Of a DNA stretch of 64,000 nucleotides, positions 57,845 to 64,000 are shown in pieces. This DNA is from Deltaproteobacteria bacterium (lineage in GTDB: Bacteria; UBA10199; JACPAL01; GCA-016699445), in NCBI GenBank assembly GCA_016699445.1, contig CP064976.1, positions 1,618,952 to 1,682,951 of the forward strand, in the 5' to 3' direction. The notes beneath the pieces were generated by a model, which was not told the origin of the DNA, did no database searches, and saw nothing but the letters and a program-made list of their open reading frames with translations. Both the position numbers and the translations under genes were made by a program. Numbering within the stretch: position 1 is the stretch's first letter; each line of letters begins with the position of its first letter.

Positions 57845-60666
57845 TAGGGTGTTGTGGGACATGTATCTGCCAATGAAGGACGGTAACCTGCTTGGCAAGT
57901 ATTAAAAGTGGCGGTGGTGTTTTGTCTGACAAAGCAGGTTGGGCAACCTAGCTCGAGGTAATTAATAGGCGTACCATCACGCATCATGCGAGCTTGAGCT
58001 GTGGACAAGGCTGTAGCGTAGCTTTGCCCTGCTTGAGTGCTGTCTGTAGGCACAATGGTTCCATCACGTCTAGCCGCCCGCATGGTGAGCGAATACATCT
58101 GACCAATCATAGGGCTGGCCGTAGGATTGGCTGTGAACTGAAGTGAAGGGAAAGAAAAATATCCAGCTGTTTTTTGAGTATCGAGATAAGAACTTGAAAG
58201 CCGAGAGCTTGAAGGAAAAAGCTGAGTGCTGGTAGTACCGCCCATAAATCGGGCACCAGTAGCTGTGCCACCAAAACTGGTCGGATCAAAAACAACAACA
58301 GGTTTAAGCACAGGATAGAGCATGCGAGTAGGTGCTCCTGTGTCAATAGTATCAGGAGTGGACGCTCCAACACGGACTCCTCCAGTTTCACCCGTCAAAT
58401 AGAAGACAGGTTGAGGCCCGATTCCATCAGCATAACGAGGGATTAAGCTCATATTGGAAGGCGGGTATTCAGAAGCCGGGAGAAATGTTTCGGTCCCATT
58501 GATGGTGCGCGCAGTTCTGGGAGAAGAGGTCATGTTTTGATTGAGACGAACATGATTAGGTCTACCGCGCATGTAGATGGTATTTTCTTTTTCTAATTTT
58601 AGATAGCCTCGACCATATTTGTAGCTGGTTCTGACTTCCCCATAGCGAGGATTATTAGGATCTTCGGAATATCGAGCATAAATGGATTGGAGACCGACAC
58701 TTCTTTCAGCCAGTCTTATGAGGGCTGCTTTGAGTTCGGAAGGGTTTCGTCTGAATTGGGGATAACGATCGAGAAGTAAAGCTGTCATTCCAGAAGTGAC
58801 TGCAGCGGCTCCTGAAGTACCGGAAGCAATACCAGGACTTTCTCTCAAAGAAGGAGAAGGTGCTATAAAGTCGGGCTTAACCGAATCAGAATTTAAATCA
58901 CTGTGTGATTGAAGTGTGAGGAAGTTTCGATTTAATTCATTAGGCTGCATTCCAAAAGTAAGAGCAGGGCCGCGGCTACTGTTTGTTGAAGGTCCTTGAA
59001 CTCCACAACCTGAATCTAATGGAGCAATGCATAAAGCCGCAGCGACAGTTACAGATTCTGGAAATGTGTTTGATTCCGACAAAGATACCGAAGTGTTATA
59101 TATTTTTAATGTATTATATATTGTAAACAGATTGATGTATGTGGGGTCATGGCTAGTTGAGGCGGATCGACTTTTTTCAATAACAATTCCGTAGCGAGCT
59201 AGGCCTGCAGGACAATTTGATGATGGAATATCTGTCTGGATCAAATCTCCAGAAACAGTTTCTGTGTTCGAATTATCATATAAAATGAATCTTTTGGAAT
59301 AATAGATACCCATTCCATTATCTGAGACCAAAGCTCTCCATCCTCTCTCGCCAGGGAGATATTTTACCAATGTCAATGTATAGTCGATAGAATCTTGCGG
59401 AGAGAGACCGGCATCTATTCTGATGGGGTAATCTGATGACGCTGTAGGCTCCAGGCAACCCAGATCATTGACGATTACTTCCCCTGACACATTGCTAGTT
59501 TCCGCAAGGTCAATATTTGTAGGTGTGACAGCATCAGAAATAAAAGTTGTAGCTGTCTGTGTATTCCAATTGAGTAATTGAGGGTATCGGGTTGAGGGGG
59601 TAAATAGGCCTGACCAATGCATTCCAGGAGCAGCATAATTTCCAGCGCTAGCAATGATAAGAGTATTTTGATCTATGGCTTTTTGATGTTGGGCTTGGGC
59701 TGGGCCCGGAAAGGCATTGCGGCCTACACGACGATCGATCAAATTTGCGAGAGACGTATTAATAATATCAGGGTTTAATGTAAGTGCTGTGTTGATACCT
59801 TGAATCAGCGCTTGAGAAGAATCACTTGCATGAATTAATAAAAAATGAGCCTCGGGAGCTATTTCATAGATCAACTGAAGCATTTTATTTCCATGATCGT
59901 TATAGGATTCGGGAGTTGGAGGAGTTAGATTTCTTGTGATAGTTGTTCCTGGAGGAATTAATCCTCTTGAGATGAGATCAGGAAACTGGCGCTCATCAAA
60001 TTTGTCGACAATAGCAATCGTGACAGGATTTCCGTCTCCGCCGCGGCCACTCCCTGTCACACGTCCGGTCAGCTGCCACCAATTATCATTGGTTCCTATC
60101 CAACCAGCAGTTTTGGCTGTGGTATCCGTATAACCTGTGATTTCAAGTCCTGCGACGTATTGGGAGAGTTCTCTAAGATGAGAAATTGGGAGTTCAATTT
60201 CAACAGCCCTTGGATCAAAGTTAGGAGTGACTTTGGCTCCATGTTCAGTCAAGAGAGAAGGAAAATCTCTTTTTTGACCTGAATAATCATAATCAAAAGC
60301 AGTGAGGATCAGTCTATCTTCAATGACACGATCGTGAGAGATGTGACCAGCTTTAGCCCAATTGGCATCTCCATTTTCATAAGCTGTGAGAGCTGTCAGA
60401 AGTTGATCTCCAAGAATGCCCCACAACATTGTCTCTTCATCGGACTTTTCTTTTAAGCCAATAGATTTTGCGGAAGCTTTGAGAGCTTCAAGCTGTTCTT
60501 TCTTTTGATTGGCAATAGAATCTGGAAGCGGATCCTTGAGAGTCTCTTGGAAAACATTTTGAGAAATATCTTTAATGTCTTCAACAACAGGCTTTGTGTG
60601 AGCTGACTGCGTGAATGAAAGCAGTGTTAAACAAGAGAGAAGAGCGATTTTATTTTTTAGAATCAT
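57844..60666 (-). CDS. Secreted subtilisin-like (S8) serine peptidase, paralog A, with an I9-like propeptide, a large insert between the oxyanion Asn and the catalytic Ser, and a Cys-rich C-terminal domain
   Basis: A signal peptide is followed by Asp IAIVD, His DHGN, Asn SAGN and Ser GTSGAAAVTSG. The C-terminus is ..GCPTCFVRQNTTATFNTCQAGYRPSLADTCPTTP. Confidence 0.75.
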   Translation of the reverse strand: MILKNKIALLSCLTLLSFTQSAHTKPVVEDIKDISQNVFQETLKDPLPDSIANQKKEQLEALKASAKSIGLKEKSDEETMLWGILGDQLLTALTAYENGDANWAKAGHISHDRVIEDRLILTAFDYDYSGQKRDFPSLLTEHGAKVTPNFDPRAVEIELPISHLRELSQYVAGLEITGYTDTTAKTAGWIGTNDNWWQLTGRVTGSGRGGDGNPVTIAIVDKFDERQFPDLISRGLIPPGTTITRNLTPPTPESYNDHGNKMLQLIYEIAPEAHFLLIHASDSSQALIQGINTALTLNPDIINTSLANLIDRRVGRNAFPGPAQAQHQKAIDQNTLIIASAGNYAAPGMHWSGLFTPSTRYPQLLNWNTQTATTFISDAVTPTNIDLAETSNVSGEVIVNDLGCLEPTASSDYPIRIDAGLSPQDSIDYTLTLVKYLPGERGWRALVSDNGMGIYYSKRFILYDNSNTETVSGDLIQTDIPSSNCPAGLARYGIVIEKSRSASTSHDPTYINLFTIYNTLKIYNTSVSLSESNTFPESVTVAAALCIAPLDSGCGVQGPSTNSSRGPALTFGMQPNELNRNFLTLQSHSDLNSDSVKPDFIAPSPSLRESPGIASGTSGAAAVTSGMTALLLDRYPQFRRNPSELKAALIRLAERSVGLQSIYARYSEDPNNPRYGEVRTSYKYGRGYLKLEKENTIYMRGRPNHVRLNQNMTSSPRTARTINGTETFLPASEYPPSNMSLIPRYADGIGPQPVFYLTGETGGVRVGASTPDTIDTGAPTRMLYPVLKPVVVFDPTSFGGTATGARFMGGTTSTQLFPSSSRLSSSYLDTQKTAGYFSFPSLQFTANPTASPMIGQMYSLTMRAARRDGTIVPTDSTQAGQSYATALSTAQARMMRDGTPINYLELGCPTCFVRQNTTATFNTCQAGYRPSLADTCPTTP

Positions 60667-60692
60667 AAGAGAGTCCTTAAATTATTAAATAT

Positions 60693-63503
60693 TTAGGGTG
60701 TTGTGGGACATGTATCAGCCAAAGAAGGACGGTAAGCAGCCTGACAAGTATTAAAAGTGGCGGTTGTGTTTTGTCTGACAAAGCAGGTTGAGCAACCTAG
60801 CTCGAGATAATTAATAGGGGTGCCATCACGCATAGAGCGAGCTTGAGCTGCGGACAAGGCTGTATTGTAGTCTGAAGTAGCTTGAGTGCTGCCCGTAGGG
60901 ACCAGTGAGCCATCACGTCTAGCGGCTCGCATGGTGAGCGAATACATCTGACCAATCATAGGGCTGGCCGTAGGATTGGCTGTGAACTGAAGTGAAGGGA
61001 AAGAAAAATATCCAGCTGTTTTTTGAGTATCGAGATAAGAACTTGAAAGCCGAGAGCTTGAAGGAAAAAGCTGAGTGCTGGTAGTACCGCCCATAAATCG
61101 GGCACCAGTAGCTGTGCCACCAAAACTGGTCGGATCAAAAACAACAACAGGTTTAAGCACAGGATAGAGCATGCGAGTAGGTGCTCCTGTGTCAATAGTA
61201 TCAGGAGTGGACGCTCCAACACGGACTCCTCCAGTTTCACCCGTCAAATAGAAGACAGGTTGAGGCCCGATTCCATCAGCATAACGAGGGATTAAGCTCA
61301 TATTGGAAGGCGGGTATTCAGAAGCCGGGAGAAATGTTTCGGTCCCATTGATGGTGCGCGCAGTTCTGGGAGAAGAGGTCATGTTTTGATTGAGACGAAC
61401 ATGATTAGGTCTACCGCGCATGTAGATGGTATTTTCTTTTTCTAATTTTAGATAGCCTCGACCATATTTGTAGCTGGTTCTGACTTCCCCATAGCGAGGA
61501 TTATTAGGATCTTCGGAATAACGAGCATAAATGGATTGAAGCCCGACGCTTCTTTCAGCCAATCTCATGAGAGCGGCTTTCAGTTCTGAGGGATTTCGTC
61601 TGAATTGAGGGTAACGATCGAGAAGTAAAGCTGCCATTCCAGAAGTGACTGCAGCGGCTCCTGAGGTGGATGGATCGCTTGAATCAAAGGGTAGATAAGC
61701 AGTTGGGGTGACAAAATCAGGTTTCACAGCATCGACATCTGAATCTTTGCGGGATTGAAGTGTGAGGAAGTTGCGATTTAAATCATTAGGCTGCCTTCCA
61801 GCAATGACAGCAGGCCCTCGGCCTGAATAGCTGCGCGGACCTTGAACTGGACAAGGTGAATTAGAAGCTGCGAAGCAAGTGGCGGCTCCTACTGTGACAG
61901 TCTGTGGCCATGTACTGCTCTCCACTAACGAGGATGCTGTAGTAAAAACCCTCATGGGTTGGTGTGTGGTGAAAACGCTTATGAATGCTGGATTTGCCCC
62001 AGATGAAATAGGGATATCACTTGAGATGACTATGCCATATCGATCTTGGTTAGTTGCGCAGTTTGAGCTGGGGATGTTTGCTTGAATCAAATTTCCAGAA
62101 GTAGCATCATTAGTATGATTTAAAAAACCGATAAATCTTATGGTAATTTCCATTCCTCCACTGCCATCATAGGCCACAGTTCTCCAACCCCTTTGAGACG
62201 GAATATATTTAACAAGAAATAATTGGTAAGAACTTGGATGATCATTAGAAAATCCAGCTTCGATGAGGATGGGGAGGTCACTGGAATCTGAGTCTGCTAA
62301 ACATCCTAGATCATTAACAACAACTTCTCCAGAGACATTACTTGTTTCGGCTAAATCAACCAATGGCCCTGGAGGTGAATCTAAAATTGGAATGCTGGCT
62401 GTTTGAGTATTCCAATTAAGAAGTTTAGGGTACATCGTTGAGCGCGTAAAAAGCCCCGCCCAATGCATTCCAGGGTCAGCTTGATTTCCTGCTGAAGCTA
62501 CAGTGAGTATTCCACTGTTAAAAGCTTCTTCATGGGATGCTTGAGTCGGTCCTGGAAAGGGTGCATGCCCTAGTTTTCGATCAAAAAAAGATCCTATTGA
62601 TGTATTAATAATATCCGGATTCATTGAAATTGCTGCACGTATTCCCTGCGCACCGGAATCGACCGTATTACCAACATTTATCAAAATATAACGAGCTTCG
62701 GGTGCTTGCTCATAGGCTAAGGCAAGCATGAGATTTCCATGATCACTCACATTGGAGGGGTCAAGATTTCGAGCGATGACCGATCCTGCCGGGATAAGGC
62801 CTCTGGAAATCAGATTGGGGAATTGGCTTTCATCAAACATATCTACAATGGCAATGGTCACAGGATTACCATCACCACCACGGCCACTGCCTGTCACACG
62901 TCCAGTCAGCTGCCACCAGTCGGCGTTTGTTCCTCCCCAAGAAGAGCTTTTTGCTGTTGTATAAAGATATCGGGCAATCGCAAGCCTTGCGACATGATTG
63001 GATAGCTCTCTGAGCTCTGAGATGGGGACTTCGATTCCAAAAGCTCTAGGATCTTCATCGGTAAGAATCTTAGCTCCATGTTGAGTCAACACTTCATGAA
63101 AATCTCTTTTTTGACCTGAATAATCATAATCAAAAGCAGTGAGGATCAGTCTATCTTCAATGACACGATCGTGAGGGATGTGAGCCGCTTTGGCCCAATC
63201 AGAATCTCCATTTTCATAAGCTGTGAGAGCTGTCAGAAGTTGATCTCCAAGAATGCCCCACAACATTGTCTCTTCATCGGACTTTTCTTTTAAGCCAATA
63301 GATTTTGCGGAAGCTTTGAGAGCTTCAAGCTGTTCTTTCTTTTGATTGGCAATAGAATCTGGAAGCGGATCCTTGAGAGTCTCTTGGAAAACATTTTGAG
63401 AAATATCTTTAATGTCTTCAACAACAGGCTTTGTGTGAGCTGACTGCGTGAATGAAAGCAGTGTTAAACAAGAGAGAAGAGCGATTTTATTTTTTAGAAT
63501 CAT
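60693..63503 (-). CDS. Secreted subtilisin-like (S8) serine peptidase, paralog B
   Basis: The first ~100 aa and ~250 aa of the C-terminal region are DNA-identical to paralog A. The catalytic core is divergent. Confidence 0.75.
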   Translation of the reverse strand: MILKNKIALLSCLTLLSFTQSAHTKPVVEDIKDISQNVFQETLKDPLPDSIANQKKEQLEALKASAKSIGLKEKSDEETMLWGILGDQLLTALTAYENGDSDWAKAAHIPHDRVIEDRLILTAFDYDYSGQKRDFHEVLTQHGAKILTDEDPRAFGIEVPISELRELSNHVARLAIARYLYTTAKSSSWGGTNADWWQLTGRVTGSGRGGDGNPVTIAIVDMFDESQFPNLISRGLIPAGSVIARNLDPSNVSDHGNLMLALAYEQAPEARYILINVGNTVDSGAQGIRAAISMNPDIINTSIGSFFDRKLGHAPFPGPTQASHEEAFNSGILTVASAGNQADPGMHWAGLFTRSTMYPKLLNWNTQTASIPILDSPPGPLVDLAETSNVSGEVVVNDLGCLADSDSSDLPILIEAGFSNDHPSSYQLFLVKYIPSQRGWRTVAYDGSGGMEITIRFIGFLNHTNDATSGNLIQANIPSSNCATNQDRYGIVISSDIPISSGANPAFISVFTTHQPMRVFTTASSLVESSTWPQTVTVGAATCFAASNSPCPVQGPRSYSGRGPAVIAGRQPNDLNRNFLTLQSRKDSDVDAVKPDFVTPTAYLPFDSSDPSTSGAAAVTSGMAALLLDRYPQFRRNPSELKAALMRLAERSVGLQSIYARYSEDPNNPRYGEVRTSYKYGRGYLKLEKENTIYMRGRPNHVRLNQNMTSSPRTARTINGTETFLPASEYPPSNMSLIPRYADGIGPQPVFYLTGETGGVRVGASTPDTIDTGAPTRMLYPVLKPVVVFDPTSFGGTATGARFMGGTTSTQLFPSSSRLSSSYLDTQKTAGYFSFPSLQFTANPTASPMIGQMYSLTMRAARRDGSLVPTGSTQATSDYNTALSAAQARSMRDGTPINYLELGCSTCFVRQNTTATFNTCQAAYRPSLADTCPTTP

Positions 63504-63529
63504 AAGAGAGTCCTTAAATTATTAAATAT

Positions 63530-64000
63530 TTAGGGTGTGGTGGGACAGGTATCAGCCAAAGAAGGACGGTAACCTGCTTGACAAGTATTAAAAGTGGCAG
63601 TGGTGTTTTGTGGCACGTAGCACGTTGGGCAACCTAGCTCGAGATAATTAATAGGAGTGCCATCACTCATCATGCGAGTAAGAGCGGCTTGATAAGCATC
63701 CATAAAATTTTGGTTGGCTTGAGTACTGCCCGTAGGGACCAGTGAGCCATCACGTCTAGCGGCTCGCATGGTGAGCGAATACATCTGACCAATCATAGGG
63801 CTGGCCGTAGGGTTAGCTGTGAACTGAAGCGAGGGGAATGAGAAGTAGCCTGCAGTTTTCAGTGTATCGAGATAAGAGCTTGAAAAACGTGAATCTGAAG
63901 GAAAAAGCTGAGTGCTGGTGTTTCCACCCATAAATCGGGCGCCAGTAGCTCTGCCGCCAAAGCTGGCCGGATCAAAAACAACAACAGGTTTAAGAACAGG
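63530..64000 (-). CDS. Subtilisin-like peptidase paralog C, C-terminal part only; the gene continues beyond the window edge
   Basis: The frame is open to base 64000. The C-terminal domain is ~85% identical to A and B, and the 26-bp spacer is identical. Confidence 0.7.
   Translation of the reverse strand, partial: PVLKPVVVFDPASFGGRATGARFMGGNTSTQLFPSDSRFSSSYLDTLKTAGYFSFPSLQFTANPTASPMIGQMYSLTMRAARRDGSLVPTGSTQANQNFMDAYQAALTRMMSDGTPINYLELGCPTCYVPQNTTATFNTCQAGYRPSLADTCPTTP

Noticed and set aside
58107-58391. An identical 94-aa ORF at 58107-58391 and at 60956-61240, which looked like a conserved small gene
   Set aside because: Both lie antisense inside the DNA-identical block of S8 protease paralogs A and B. 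The identity is a by-product of the duplication, not evidence of coding.

Overview
This is a 64-kb chromosomal window from a Gram-negative bacterium. It carries tolQ-tolR-tolA-tolB, Omp85-type and RND outer-membrane machinery, and has a moderate, AT-leaning base composition. Coding density is high on both strands. No rRNA, tRNA, CRISPR array, transposase or integrase was recognised. The backbone is housekeeping: a CusA/CzcA-type efflux locus, rho, an argH-lysA-dapF-dapA-dapB operon, nfu, cstA, a usp gene, a CoA-transferase, sucA-sucB-lpdA, two CheY-like regulators, ppx/gppA, a flotillin, the tol genes, an aminotransferase-folK-transaldolase block and a partner-switching (PP2C/STAS/HATPase) module. 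Accessory content includes three type II toxin-antitoxin pairs (one with a nonsense-interrupted toxin), three copies of a ~76-83 bp palindromic intergenic element, an island of atypical Ser/Thr-kinase-like and unknown proteins, and a tandem array of at least three secreted subtilisin-like (S8) protease paralogs with mosaic sequence identity. The most interesting locus is a six-gene minus-strand operon (47.5 to 42.3 kb) preceded by a clear SAM-I (S-box) riboswitch with its own promoter and terminator. The operon encodes a decayed cysK, a zinc-ribbon ThrC-like PLP enzyme, a NIL-domain protein, a CysM-type sulfhydrylase, a JAMM/MPN protease, and an ATP sulfurylase whose N-terminus is an in-frame MoaD/ThiS-like sulfur-carrier domain ending in Gly-Gly. 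This looks like a protein-thiocarboxylate-dependent Cys/homocysteine pathway with an unusual carrier-enzyme fusion. Several housekeeping genes (lysA, sucA, sucB, one kinase) show single-base frameshifts at homopolymer runs, which reads as sequencing error rather than gene decay. All identifications rest on motif-level reading of the six-frame translations; no database search was possible.
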